NCBI GenBank assembly: GCA_031835245.2
Contig: JAVKOQ020000049.1
Span: 1 to 64,000 of the forward strand
Length of the DNA: 64,000 nucleotides
Direction of reading: 5' to 3'
Source: Balamuthia mandrillaris
Taxonomy: Eukaryota
Shown here piece by piece: positions 26,909-39,660 of the stretch (within the stretch, counting starts at the first letter, position 1; each line of letters starts with the position of its first letter). Made by a program: the position numbers and the translations under genes. The notes beneath the pieces are model-generated. The model ran no database searches. It saw only the letters and a list, made by a program, of their open reading frames with translations, and was not told where the DNA came from.

Positions 26909-28183
26909 ATGGAGAGTAACGGGAAGAAGCGAGGAAGAAAGGGCGATGAGGAGAATGAGGAAGAGCAACAGGGGGAAATAAAGCGTCCTAAGCCGGAAGA
27001 GAAGGGGGAGGAAGAAGAGCACGAGGAGGAGCAGGAGGAAAAGAGTGACGAGGAAGAAGGGGGGAGTGACGAGGAAGGCGAAGACGAGGATGAAGAGGAA
27101 CCAGAAGTAAATTGGGACGCCGTAAAACGTTTCGCTTACTACCCGATCGTGAAACGGACTCATGTCGCCGCCCAACCAAACGAAGAAGAACAAGAAGCAG
27201 ATCAAGAAGAGAATGGCAAGATCACCAACTACGACTACTTTTGTGGGATTGACACGTACGACGAAGCCAAGGCACGCGTGGCGGGTGAAGACTACCTCCT
27301 CACCAAACCCTCAGGGCTCACCCGCTTTGGTGGTGCTCGTCCCTCCTTGCTGGCGGCCAACAAGGAGACCTGGCCCCTCTGCGACAAATGCCAAACACCC
27401 CTCGTGTTCATGTTCCAGCTGCACACGGCCGACCTACCGCCTACTTCTTGGGCTTCGGATCCACAATCACAGGTTGCTGCCTTCCTTTCGGACCCTGTGA
27501 GGAACGACCCCGAACACCACGGCCAACTCCTACAGTGCTTCTACTGCTGTGAGTGTGGCGGCTACGAGGCCTTCTCTGAAGGGCAGCTGGTGCGCATGCT
27601 CCCTGCTCCTCTCAAGCCTAGTGCTCCAACTTTGAAGCGTTTGGCCGCTGAAACTGCCCTCAAACATAACCTTGCCGATGGTTCTTCCTCTTCTTCGTCC
27701 TCTTCTTCGTCCTCTTCCTCTTCCTCTTCCTCTTCCTCAGTGGAGTTGGTGGGTGATGTGGTTGAGTACCTTGACAACCTGAAAGGCAGCTTGAAGGATG
27801 TTAACGATTTGTTTTGTTACCCCGAGGAAGTACCTGAGGCAATACCTCAACTTTTGAAAAACGAGTGGACCCTTATAGGATGGCGCAAAGTTGTTGACTA
27901 TCCCCACACTGAAGAGCTGGAAGAAGTGGCTGGCGTTTCTCTGGACGAGGATGATGAGGAGCATCCGACCCTAGCCGGAACCAAGCTTGGCGGATGGCCT
28001 CATTGGTGTCAGTCGGTAGAGTATCCCTCCTGCTCCAAGTGTGGAGAGCCGATGAAGAACCATCTCTTGCAGATGGAAGAGGACGAGCTGATTCCCTTCA
28101 TGTGGGGTGACTCCGGTACCGCTCAGATCACCCAGTGCAACACCCACAAGGAAGTAGTGGGCCTTACATGGGCTTGTTGTTGA
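26909..28183 (+). CDS. YwqG/DUF1963-like protein with acidic N-terminal extension, intronless
   Basis: TRFGGARP...WPLCDKCQTPLVFMFQL, GTKLGGWPHWCQ...CSKCGEPM..LLQ and FMWGDSGTAQITQC...LTWACC. Confidence 0.75.
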   Translation: MESNGKKRGRKGDEENEEEQQGEIKRPKPEEKGEEEEHEEEQEEKSDEEEGGSDEEGEDEDEEEPEVNWDAVKRFAYYPIVKRTHVAAQPNEEEQEADQEENGKITNYDYFCGIDTYDEAKARVAGEDYLLTKPSGLTRFGGARPSLLAANKETWPLCDKCQTPLVFMFQLHTADLPPTSWASDPQSQVAAFLSDPVRNDPEHHGQLLQCFYCCECGGYEAFSEGQLVRMLPAPLKPSAPTLKRLAAETALKHNLADGSSSSSSSSSSSSSSSSSSSVELVGDVVEYLDNLKGSLKDVNDLFCYPEEVPEAIPQLLKNEWTLIGWRKVVDYPHTEELEEVAGVSLDEDDEEHPTLAGTKLGGWPHWCQSVEYPSCSKCGEPMKNHLLQMEEDELIPFMWGDSGTAQITQCNTHKEVVGLTWACC

Positions 28184-28256
28184 AGGTTTCTTTCCTCGTT
28201 GCTCTGTTTCTGGCTTCGCTAACAACCAAAAACAATAAAAGAGCACAAACCAAGAG

Positions 28257-29526
28257 CTACGCTTTGTTGACGTGGCGCAAAAGCCTTTCAGCTGTCAGAT
28301 ACAAACGAACGTTGAGAAACCGCAGGACCAGCATCAACAAAGAGAAAAATAAAAACATTGCGCTCATCTCCCCCACTTGCTCCCAGAACAAGAACCATAT
28401 TCGCCCTGGCGTTGTCTTTGGCGTAAAATCAGACCCAAATCCTTACCAACACACAGCCGAGTCAGTCAAGAAAATGAGGAGGAGAAGAAAGCGCAACACG
28501 ACAAGTCCCCTCCAGGGGACACCGTAAATGATCACCTATGAGCTAAACAACACGCACCTGCAGTTTGTGACGTGATAAAGGCGAAGTAGAAGACATTGCC
28601 AAAGGTATTCGGCGTGTAGTCACCAAGATTGCCTAGGTTAGGTTCCAACTTATAGAAAACTGCCGCTCCCACTACATGGATGACTGCCCAAATGACCAGA
28701 GCAGCAAGGATCAGAGCAAAGATGGTAAGCCAAGTATGTTCAGCCCTCTCCACTGGAGGGGGTTTGGCGACAGCTCTCTCTCGCTTGGCCACTTTCTTCA
28801 GAGACCTCATTGTTGCTTCCTTCTTCATCTCTCTTGGTGGTTCCTTTTCTTCTCCATATTTCTCCTCTGCTAGTTGAACTCGTTCGTGTTTGTCTTCTGT
28901 TGTTGTCGCTTCAGCTTGCTCTGGGGATGGAACTCTTTTTTCATCACTTCTTTTTTGCGGAGGAGCAAAAAAAAGCTGCTGTCCTCCAATGTTGCCCCAC
29001 TCCTCCAACCGTGCCATTCGACTGTCGTTGCTGTTGGTTGTTTTGTTCTTTCCGAAAAGGTGGATCAAGTTCCAAACGATACCGTAGTAGACCCAGTTGG
29101 TCAGCTTCGTGATGAAGCCGTACACAAACACACCCCAAACCGCGCTCCCGATGAAAGACCAGACGAAGACGATGGCTCTGCCACCGTTTGAAACAGGTAC
29201 AATGTCTCCGTAGCCCACGGTTGACATGAAAACGTGGGTGAAATAGATCGCTGAGTCGTGTCGGTCATATTCGTTAGGTGAAAAACTGGTGGAAGTGTGT
29301 CGAGGAGTGAAGTACCTTCAAAGTAAGTGAGTTCGCCTTGCCCCAGCGCTGTGGCCTCCTCCTCCCGCCGATACGGGTTTTCCTGCGCTTGGAAGATAGC
29401 AGCCCCAACCAGCACCCAAGCCCAGTAGAGCAGCCACACAAACAGCAGCAGGAATGTGGTCTTTCCCGGCAGAAACGCCACCTTCAGAAAACTCTTGATA
29501 TCCCGCTTCTCTGGAAGTGCAGCCAT
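28257..29526 (-). CDS. Two-pore-domain potassium channel
   Basis: P1 STVGYGDIVP. P2 is assembled across an intron as FITSQTAGFGSDFTP. Four hydrophobic segments. Confidence 0.85.
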
Positions 29527-29818
29527 TTTCCTAGACCACCCGCATAGTCTGTTCTTCCTGGGAGAGAGAGAGCTATAAGTCTACAAACCGTTTTTGTGGT
29601 TTTTCTTTTTTTTTGAAATGGGTCCACATAGTATCACTTCTCCGCCAAGTTGCCGACCAATAATGACCAAGGGAAACCACGTGTTGACCTTCTTTGGTCA
29701 ATAACTCATTTTAGGGGAATTGGAGTGGCCGATGAGATTTCGTTAACTTTTGTGTGGACTGCTCTGTGTCGACACGAACGAAACCTCGTAAGCGGCAGAG
29801 CAGAGGAGGAGGTGGAAG

Positions 29819-30270
29819 ATGCAGAAGCTGGCGGACGTGGAAGCCTTCTTGAAGGACTATGACACTTTTTTGATTGACTGCGATGGTAAGGAACATACGT
29901 ACATGCTGTCTCTTTTGTGTGTTTGGGGTGTGCGTGGTCATCTCTCTTTCGCTTTGTGATTGTGTGTAATCCTTGCCTTCTCCTGTTGTTCCAAATCTCT
30001 CTTCATCCTTTTCGCCGACGGCTTCTCCGTAACAAAGGCGTCCTGTGGAGAGGTGCTGTACTGCTACCGAACACCAAAGAAGTGTTGTCGCAGCTGCGGC
30101 AGATGGTAAACCACCACCTTTAGTTTTTTCGTTGCGGAGAAGATGATAACATTGATTAAACACTCCTTCGCAGGGCAAACGGTTGATCTTTGTCACCAAC
30201 AATAGCACCAAATCCCGAGAACAATACAAGAGTGTCTTTGCCAAGTTTGACATCGAAGTGGCCAAGGTAA

Positions 30271-30304
<34 letters not shown>

Positions 30305-31201
30305 CTTACTCGCTCGTCTCCTTCTTCTACTGACACAAAAACAGGAGGAGATAGTGAGCTCTTCTTACGCGGCGGCCTATTACTTGTCTTCGCACGTGCG
30401 ACTGCACGAGAAAAAGCAAAAGGTCTATCTCCTGGGCGAAAGCGGAGTGGCGCAGGAGCTGGAAGAGGTCGGCATCGAGTGGGTCGGCGGTGAGGCCCAC
30501 AAAGAGCACAAGTCCATGCCTGATCTTGCCTTTTTGCCTGTTGATGACCAAGTTACCTTCTTTCTTTCTTCTTTCTTCTTTCTTCTTTCTTCTTTCTTCT
30601 TTCTTCTTTCTGCACTCTTCTTTCTTCTTTCCTCTTCTGACGAGAAAAAACGTTTGCCAAAGATAGGAGCAGTGTTGGTGGGTTTCGATGGGTGGATAAA
30701 CTACCACAAGCTAGCCTACGCCATGGTGCATCTCACCCAAAACAAGGAGTGCATGCTGGTAGCAACCAATCGGGACCTCACCTTTCCTTCCTCGGGCCAT
30801 CTGTTACCGGGAGGCGGCACCATGGTGGCTGCTGTGGAGGCGTGCAGCGGCCGCGTGGCCACCACTGTTGGCAAGCCAGCTCCTATTCTCATGGAACTCA
30901 TTCTCGAAAGGTACCGTTGGCTTTTCTTCTCCTCTTTTTCTTTTCTTCTGTTGAAGATGCAGCTGACAATGTTGGGACGATACGCAGGTTTGAACTGGAC
31001 AAGTCAAGGACCTGCATGATAGGAGACAGGCTCGACACAGACATTCAATTCGGCAACGAAGGCGGCGTTGCCACCCTGTTGGTGCTTACCGGAGTGACTA
31101 CGAAGGAAGCTGCCCTTTCTCCTGATAACGCCATACGACCTACTTACTACACGGATGCCTTTCAAGACCTGCTTCTGCCTTCTTCCTCTTCTTCTTCTTG
31201 A
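29819..31201 (+). CDS. HAD class IIA phosphatase (phosphoglycolate/pyridoxal phosphatase-like)
   Basis: FLIDCDGVLW, FVTNNSTKSR, ATNRD, GKPAP, MIGDRLDTDIQFG and LVLTGVT. Confidence 0.92.
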
Positions 31202-31319
31202 AAAGCAAGCGAAAAACGTTTAGAATATCAATACTGAAGCGTTTCTTCTCTTGAAAAAAGGTGGAAGAAGCAAAAAAGAAGAAAGAAGACAAGAAAAAAA
31301 ATTAAGCAACAACAACTAG

Positions 31320-32361
31320 TTAGCCAGCAAGAGTGTCCGAGTGGAAGGTGGCGTCGAGGACTGCACAGGTTTCGTCGCTGCCCAACTCTTGTACGTATTT
31401 CCAAGGGATGTACTTCTCCCCGTCCTTGCTGTGACAGTTCAACAGGATGTCTCTGGGTCCTTCTCCCGATGTCGACAATCGTCTTAACAACTGTGTCATA
31501 GGTTCGTTGTTAGCCATAGAACTTGTTAAAGCAGATGGAGAGAACAAGGAGAATATGAAGAAGAACAAGGAGAGAGAGAGAGCGTGCCTCTTCTCCAAAC
31601 AAAAGTTTGAGGGCCAGTTCCATGTCCGGCTTTTCAACTTCACAAAACTCCTTGAACCTCTCCTCCGAGCTGAAGACGAGGAGCTGCATGGGTCCTCCCT
31701 CCTGCCTGGGGTCCAACGCCAAAAAGGTCATGGGCTGGTCCTCCGAAGGGGGCTCCCCCTTAGCACGCCTCTCCTCCGCCCTCCTCTGGTCCTCCTCGTA
31801 GTCCTCCTTGGCCATGAGAACGTAGAGCATGGCCTCGTAGAGCTTCTTGGTGAGGTGAGGGCTGGCCTTGATCTCCTCCACGGAGAAGCGCCAGAAGAGG
31901 TCCTCGACGGGACCCAAGGGGTCCGTCTCTACCGTCCAGTTGCTGCCGATTCTCGTTGGCTTGAAGGGAGAGCGATTTGGCGAAGTGGCGGAAGAAGAAG
32001 CAGAAGAAGAGGCCGAGGCAGAGGATGCGTCCGACGGAGAAGAAGGAGAGACCATTTCAGCGTCGGGGACTTGCCCAACGATTTCTTTGTGAGAAGCGGA
32101 ACTTGGGCGGGAGCTAGAGAAGGAAAGGTTTCGCGTGAAGGCGGTTGCACGAGTGGCACGAGGGAACAGAGCAGGGGAAGAAGAGGAAGGAGAAGAAAGA
32201 GCGCTAACAAAGGAGCTCCTGACACATGCTGGCCGTTTGGCAGTACGAAACAAAGTGCTAGAAGAAGAAAAGGGCCGCGACAACAGTTTAGAATCCCTCT
32301 TCCACAGCCGACAGGCCGCCCTGCTGCTGATGCCGCTGCCGCTTCTGCCGCCGCCCCACAT
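31320..32361 (-). CDS. Hypothetical protein with presequence-like N-terminus; weak SseB-like similarity
   Basis: Long ORF plus a spliced last exon. LLVFSSEERF...ILLN pattern; the family assignment is tentative. Confidence 0.5.
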
Positions 32362-32953
32362 TCTCTCCTCTGTGATTGCTATCAATCAATCAATTGATTG
32401 CTGCGGAGCTGAGCGCTACGTTTTCCCGTTTGTCCGCAAAAAAGTTTGCTTGAGGAGTCAATCGTGTTGGCATGTCCATGACGACACGATATTCAGTATT
32501 AACAACTCTCCTCTCCTCTCTCCTGTCTTCTCTCCTTTGTTTTTTTTGTGGACAAGTTGCCCAACGACAAGTGCGAGGATGAAGGGGAGGAGGCAAGTGG
32601 TATTCGAACCGTTGTAGAGCAGCGCAAGTTTTTCCCCCATCTTTGGCCTTTGCTTGGCTACACGAAAAATCAAGGAAGACGCATTTCTTCATGGAAGAAG
32701 ATAGGAGCTATCCATCTTTTGACACCTCCATGTATGGGGAGGCGGCAGTTTGCCTCCAGCTTTACTCCTGGTTTTGTTCGAATTTCATCTTTTTTCTCCC
32801 CTTGTTTTTTGTTGTTGTTGCTGTGGTTGCTGTTGTGGTGGTTGTGTTGTGGTTTTATTTTCCCATCTCCAACAACTAACTTGAGAAACAACAACAAACA
32901 ACAACCGTTAGAGTTCATAATCGGGAAGCTTTGGATTACCGTTCGGTGTGAAG

Positions 32954-35586
32954 ATGATGGCCGGCGTAACCCTCAACTATGAAAACGCAGGGCCTGGAAA
33001 AGCAAGCCCAGAAGAAGAAGAACAAGAACAAGTAGAAGTGAGAGTGAGCTTCTCGGAGGAGGTGTGTTTAATGGGTGCCGATCTTTTGGTCGATTCCAGC
33101 AAAAACAACATCAACAAGAAGCAGATGGGGAGCTACGTTGGTCGTCGACTGACGGCCATCGAGGCCAAGGTCTTACGCAAGAAGCTGCTGGAGATGGCCG
33201 TGGAAGAGGAGATCAACGCCTTGCGACAGCAGGAAGACAGGGAGGCGGGCTTCCTTCACGACCTTCAGCACAATACCCTCTACCTGGGCTTCCTCTTTCG
33301 AACGTTTGTGCGCAGCTTCCCTCTGTTTGTGCCTCGTCACCCTCCACTTTTTAATCTGCACGAAGAAGGAGAAGGTGAAGCAAATGAGAAGGAGAAAGAG
33401 AAGAGGATAGAAGAAAGCGAAGCCAGCGAAAAGGGAGGCTATGTCTTTTGGGCACAGATGGAACGGTTGGTGCAGATGGTGAAGCGGCTGAGGCTGAGCA
33501 CCGCTGCGGAGAGAGGCCAGGCGCAAAGCGACTTGGATCGGTTCTGGAACGTGCTTAAACGTCGTGCGGTTCAGGTGTTGCAGCACATCGTTCTGGTGGT
33601 ACCCTCGCCGCCTCCTTCCTCCCTTCTTATGCAGAACAATCGGTTTGATGAGGAAGAAATGAAGGAGGAGGAGGTAATGACGGCAATGGAGAAGGAAGAA
33701 ACAGAGATAGAAAGAGAGACCCGAGTTTACATGGAATCGCTCCACAAGTTCAAAACCTCCATTGCCTCCACAGGTACTTTCTCTCCTTCTCAGTTCCCTT
33801 TTTTTGGAATGCTTCTGTTGTTTAACATCAACTGAAACTAAAAGAGGGCCTCAATTTGTTTCTTCGCATGGTGCGAGAGAAAGAAAAGCTGCAAGATATG
33901 CCACCCGATCTCGTTAACCTGATTCGCAGTTGTTACAAGCTAATGGCACACAACCTGTTTCTTCTCCTTCATGCTCCTTCAACGAACGACAGCAACAACA
34001 CTAACGACGAGAACAGCTCAACAGAAGATTGTGCTGCTAATCGTCTGGCATCGTTGCGAAGTATATTGACATGGACTCCATTTTTTACATTGCGAATGAT
34101 GGCCAAAGTAACCAACCCGTTGCGTTTAACTAGGAGCGTGTTTGGTCTGTTTCTGGCTAAACCTTTTGGATGCCAAAACTTGGCTCAGCGTATAGTGGAA
34201 AAAGCACTTGAAACAGAACTTGAAGAAGAAAACATCGAGAACGAAGAGGAAGGTAGTGGTGGATTAGTGGAAGAAGGTGAAGAAGAACAAAAGGAGGAAA
34301 AGAAAGAAGGAGCTGAAGGAAATAATGCAGTGGATTCGGCGAACAAGAAGAAGCTACAAAAGAAAGTGGGAAACAAGAAGGCGATAAAGCAAGTTGAAAC
34401 CTACGTGAGAGACGTTTTCCCAACTACGGTGCCCTCTTTCTCTCCTGCTGTCAATCGAAGGCAGAGCAGAAACAAGCAACAACTACAACGACTCGAAAAG
34501 ATTCTCGATCCTTCCACCAGAAAACAGCTAACAGACGAGCAATTGGAAGCAGCATACCTTCTTCTTATTCGAGAAATTAAGGAGAGAGATGGTCACCAGT
34601 TGGTGCAACTTTTGGGAGATGATGAAGTCATCGCTATCTTAGAGCATCTGTTCTCCATCGTTTATCGGTCTTTGTTCAACATCTACAAACACACCGACCT
34701 CCCCAACTTTATCAAAGCGATTGCCACCACTTTGACTGCCATTGTCAACACAGCGGATCAATATCAGAAACAACAACAAGAGCTGCTGGAAAAGAAGAAA
34801 AAAAGGATGAAGAAGTCCACACATCAGAAGAGAAGTGCTTGGTTAAACATCAGCTGGTTAAAGAAGAACAATGACGATAAGGATAAGGAAGACGAAAGCG
34901 TTTGTAACAAAGAGAATGGAAATGTCGAGGAAGCAAAAGAAGCAGAGGATGACGAAGAAGAAAAAGCAGAAGAAGAGCATATCAAGAGAGTGGCGATTGA
35001 AGGCTATGTGGTTGCTGTGGAAGGGTTCGTCGAAGAGGCTTATGGTATGCTTCATTCCATTCTCGTGGCAGAGCAAGTACAAGCAAAACAAGCAGGAAAT
35101 GGGGAAACAGAGGATGGAACCTTTCTTCACATGCTGCATTGGTTCTTTGTTCGCCTTCAAACCGTCGTCAACACGCTTCAGCTTCGCGACTCGCCTCAAA
35201 GACAAAAAGAAAACGATGCAAAAAGAAACGAAGAAGACGAAAACCTTAATGACGGAGGAGGGGTTATCGATCTTCAGCAACTTTTAACGCATCAGCCAAC
35301 AACATCACAGGAAGAAGACGACATGTGGCAAGAAATTCAAGAGCTGGTTCGTCACTATCATTGCTATCAACGCTATCGCCAACAAAAGCTTCAGTGGAAG
35401 CTCTCTCATCACAAGCAGCAAAGAAACAATCAGAAGAGCGAACAAAATCAAGAAAAGAGCGCGCAGATGCCGTTGCCACCACCCTCTCCGGATGTGCCCA
35501 ACCTGCAGCGTCTCTTGCCCTCCTTCAACCAAGAGACTTCTCTTCTATTTGCTCGCGTTGAAAAGTGCTTACAACAACATAAATAA
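32954..35586 (+). CDS. PXB (PX-associated) + DUF3818 domain protein (Ypr097w/Lec1-like)
   Basis: LRKKLLEMAVEEEI...FLFRTFVRSFPLF...FW, then TPFFTLRMMAKVTNP...LFLAKPFGCQNLAQRI. One intron at ~33774-33844. Confidence 0.65.
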
Positions 35587-35606
35587 AGCGAAACAGGGTT
35601 TTACTG

Positions 35607-37743
35607 TTATTCATGTGATCGTGTTTGAAGCAAGCCCTCCACCCAAAGACTGACAACGAGGGCCTGGAGTTGCTCCTCGTCATCTAGAGGAAGAGATCGA
35701 ACCGGCACAAACTCGGGCCACGCCGAAAACAAAACGGCCATGGCGTGCTTATAAGCGCCTGGGTACTGGAGACAGCGGGGCTCGGGGCGGTACCGGCTGT
35801 TCATGTGATGTTCTCGTGAGTTTTGGAGACAGTGGAAGATCAACATATCTTCTTCTGGCTTTTCTTCGTCGTCGTCTTCTCCTTCTTGTTCCATTTGATA
35901 ACGTGCGAGTTCTGTGTGGAGCTGTGCTTCCTCGTCAGATTCGTCCTCCTCTTCCTCATCTTCTTCTTTTAAGTTTTTCTTTGGGTTTGAGGATTTCGCT
36001 TCTTCCTCGTCCTCCTCCTCCTCTTCTCCGTCGTGATCCTCCTCTTCTTCCTCATCATTCTCGCCTTCTCCATCTTCCTCTTCTTCAGACTTTTGTGTCA
36101 CAACTCGTAACCAATCTGGATTACGGAGACGTATCCAACATCCGTCCAATGTTGGCTCTGCTCCTCTTTCTCTTTCCAGCTCCGCCTCTTCATCCGTTTC
36201 TTCCGTTCTCTGTTTCTTGTTTTCTTTGCCTTTGCCTTTCTTGTCTTTGGCTGCTTCCTCTCTTGAAGAAGAGTTCATCAAGCGTTGGATGACTCGTTGT
36301 TCCGCTGAAGGCAGCAGCGGTGGCAATCGGTTCAAAGTGAAGTCCAACGACGCTTGGTCAGCTGCGTGGTGCAACAGCAAGTGACGCTCCAAGCGTTGCA
36401 ACAAGGTTTTCACTTGTTGGTGAAACTGTTGTTGCTTCTCTTGTTTTTGTTGTTGTTGAGCAGTAGTAGCCCACTGGTTACTGGCAGAGGTAGAAGACGA
36501 GGTAGATGATGAAGATGATGATGAAGGAGAAGAAGAGGGAGGAAGATTGGCGGCATCATGAGCAATACCCATGTAAGAAAAGTAATTGATGGGCAGTCCC
36601 CTTCTAAACTCAACATCTTCCTCAGCGGCGTGAGTCAGAGCCAAAGGTAGAGCCGTCTATTCAGTTCCACACCAGAAAAATCAGAACCCGCCTGGGGAAG
36701 AACAAGAGCTAGAAGAAACAAATGGAAAAAAGAAACGTACCTTCAAAAAGTCAGCCCAGCAGTTACGTTGATAGGTGGAGATGGTGATATGAGTGGAAGG
36801 AGCATCAAGAGAAGTAGCTGCCTGATGAATGACGCCGCGCGGGAAGTACATCATGTCTCCTCTATTCAAAACAACTTCCATCAAGGGCTTGCCTGCCTCC
36901 TCCTGCGTTAGGTCGCGGCTGTATTCCATCGGCAGTTCGTCTTCGGGAGGAGGAGAATAAAGCTTCCATCGCTTGCTGCCCTCTACTTGGAGAATAAACA
37001 CATCGACGTCGTCGTAGTGAGGAGCCAGGCCTTGCGCTTTTGGTGGAGTCAAGTAAACGTTCGCGCCCACCAAACAACCGAATACCTGTTCCAGTGCATG
37101 ACACAACACGTGAAGCTCCTCCGAATACTGAAACCAGAAAAGGGAGTGAGGGAAAGAAGAGTAGTGAGGGAAAAGAGAGAGAGATGCAAGAGAAAGAGAG
37201 AATAAGAGAAGCAGAGAAAGAGAGTAAGAGCGAAGTTAAACCTGTTGAGGCTGAAAGAATTGAATGGTGGCGCCTTCTTTTTTGTAGAGCGAAGTGACAG
37301 CCTGCTCAGTTGCCCTTCCTTCCTTGTTAAGCATCTCCTTGACACCATCGCGATAAACGCAGACGTTGAGGTGTTCGCCGTAGAACAGCTCCTTCTCCTT
37401 CAGCATTTGCTGCAACTTGGCAAAGGAGAAGAGCTCCGAGTAGAAGTTTGGTGCGTTGCGCAACACCACCAGCGGCTTCTTCTCCCAGTACTGCTCAAAG
37501 AACTGCTCTGTTGTGGCTTCATCGCCCAACAGCCACTGAAACAACTGTTGGGAGCGAAGAATCGAAGCCCTCCCGCTGCTGTCGTTGTCTGCACCGGTCC
37601 CATTGCTTTCCGATGATTGTTGTTGAATCTTCTCGCTCTTATTTTTCTCCACGCTGCTTTTTGGAGTGTGAGAGGAGGTCGGAGATTTTCTCTTTTTGGT
37701 CGAGGAGCTGGAGGAAGCGGAACGGGGCGGCAGAGGAAGCCAT
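35607..37743 (-). CDS. JmjC ribosomal oxygenase (RIOX1/NO66 or RIOX2/MINA family)
   Basis: FFEQYWEKKPL, GANVYLTPPKAQGLAPHYDDVDVFILQVEGSKRWKLY and GDMMYFPRGVIHQA. The start at 37743 needs a 1-nt frame correction near 37724-37727. Confidence 0.9.
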
Positions 37744-37852
37744 CTCTCTCACTGTTCTTCTTAGACTTTTTCTTTTTTCTTTCTCAGTTCCTATCATCGC
37801 GTCGACACGAAGACAACGAACGCCTCAAAAAAACAAAAGCAAAAAATTGAAA

Positions 37853-37925
37853 TGGCCAGTATGGGGATCGAACCCATGACCTTGGCGTTATTAGCACCAC
37901 GCTCTACCGACTAAGCTAACCGGCC
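37853..37925 (-). tRNA. tRNA-Ile, anticodon AAT
   Basis: GGCCGGTTAGCTTAGTCGGTAGAGCGTGGTGCTAATAACGCCAAGGTCATGGGTTCGATCCCCATACTGGCCA folds as a cloverleaf with anticodon loop CT-AAT-AA. Confidence 0.96.
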
Positions 37926-38324
37926 GTTGTTGCCTTTCTTCCCCTTAACTTATGATAGTGTCACAAGAAGCCAGGGCGTAGCACCAGAAGCAGTTCTTTG
38001 TCGAGAAGTTCCTCTGTTCTTCGCTCTATTCTTCTACGGTTGTTGTTTTGCTGGCTGAAGGTGGACTTTGGGGAAGGAAAAAAAATGGAGTGTAAACGAT
38101 ACAATGATGTTTCTATTTTAGAACGTTCACCGCACAGGGGAAGAAGCTACATTCATTTTTGTGCTTTATAACTTTTTCTGTACAAGTTATAGCAAAGAGT
38201 AGCGGATGGATGACTTCAAGGTAGCTTTTTTCTCTAAAGAGGGGAGGCCACTTTACACCTGATGCACGAAAAGGTCTTGTTTTGACTAAACTGCTGTCAC
38301 ACTGGTCGCTATCTCAGGGACGGG

Positions 38325-39379
38325 TCAGTACTTCACCCGAAAAGTCAGGTTAACTCTGCTCGTCTTGATGCTCTTGTCTCGTGGGAGGGTGTGCAAGTAG
38401 AGGGACTGACACTCGTTCTCCATCACCAGCAGAGAGCCGTTCGCCAGCCTGACCTTCGTCGCATCCGCATCATCCGTTTTCGAGCGGAAATAGAATAACC
38501 GTTCAGCACCTGAGTTGAGAAAAAAACACAAAAGTCAGCATACGAAGAGAAGGAATAGCCCAAGGTAAAAAGCCACGACAAACCCAAGCTAACAGAGGCA
38601 ATAGGAGTGGTCTTTCCGATCTCCTCCCTGTCGCTGTGCCACCCGATGCTCTGCTTGCCATCCTCATAGAAATTGCAGAGACACACGTTGAAGCGGACCT
38701 CCTTGCCGGTCTGCTCCTTGTACCAGCCCTCAACCCTGAGTTTGATGTCCAATAACTCCGGCAGCCAGTCCTGCACCTCCAGGCTGGGCTGGTCCTTGTA
38801 AAAGTACTCCACGCCTTTGTCCCCGTACAGCACGGTGTGTCTGTTGGTCTGCGTGTTGATGCGCCAATCCAGGGCCTGGCTGAGGACCTCGTGGTAGCCG
38901 TTGGCCTCTTCCTTGTTGAGGAAGACAGGGTCGTAGTAGACACAGGGCACCTTGATGCCCTTCACCAGGTAAGGGTGTTGTCCCTCATCACTCTGTTCTT
39001 GTTGCTGTTGTTTTTGTTAGTGAATGAGAGATAGAGAGCGAGTGAGAGATGAGAGATGAGAGATGAGGGACGAGGGATGAGAGAAGAGGGACGAGAGATG
39101 AGAGAAGAGGTTTTTTACCGTTGTGTAAGTGAATGCATGTTGCTCTTCTTCTTCCTCAGCTGTTGCTCTGGGACGTTGCATGGCAGACCAGCCCTGAGCT
39201 TTCGTTGTCTCGGTGGTGGCAGCAGCGGTCTCACCTTTCGACTTGAGCGGGGAGTCCGCGGTCGTTGCTGCTGCGTTGCTCTTCGTGGCGGCGCCGCCGA
39301 TGCGGGCGTTTCCTTGCCTCTTCCCTTTCACTTTCCTCTCCCTGTTACTCGCGGTCGTGGTGGTGGTTGTTGTGGACAT
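38325..39379 (-). CDS. AlkB-family 2OG-Fe(II) dioxygenase (ALKBH2/3-like)
   Basis: FNVCLCNFYEDGKQSIGWHSDRE, IASVSLGAERLF, GSLLVM and YLHTLP...RVNLTFR. Confidence 0.9.
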
Positions 39380-39660
39380 GTCTTCTTTCCCACCAGCTCC
39401 AGCCCTTCTTGTTGCGTGTGTTGTCGAACGAACTGCTTCTGTTTGTTCTCGTTGGTTCTCTCTCACTCCTATAATTATCTTTTATTTAAATAAAGCATTA
39501 TAGCTTTTCAGGGAACACTTTCTGAGAAAAGGAAAAACAAAAGGCACCACGCGTTCTTTCTGTAATGTCGTGGTTTCGGTGCCACCTCCGTTTACGTTTC
39601 CACAAGCAAGCACAGAGGACGAAAGACAAAACAATATAATATTTTTTGTTGGAGGTGCAT

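Noticed and set aside
37700..37745. Apparent +1 frameshift just after the RIOX start codon
   Set aside because: It falls in a short C/G homopolymer and the gene is otherwise intact. A sequencing error is more likely than programmed frameshifting, though reads were not available to check.
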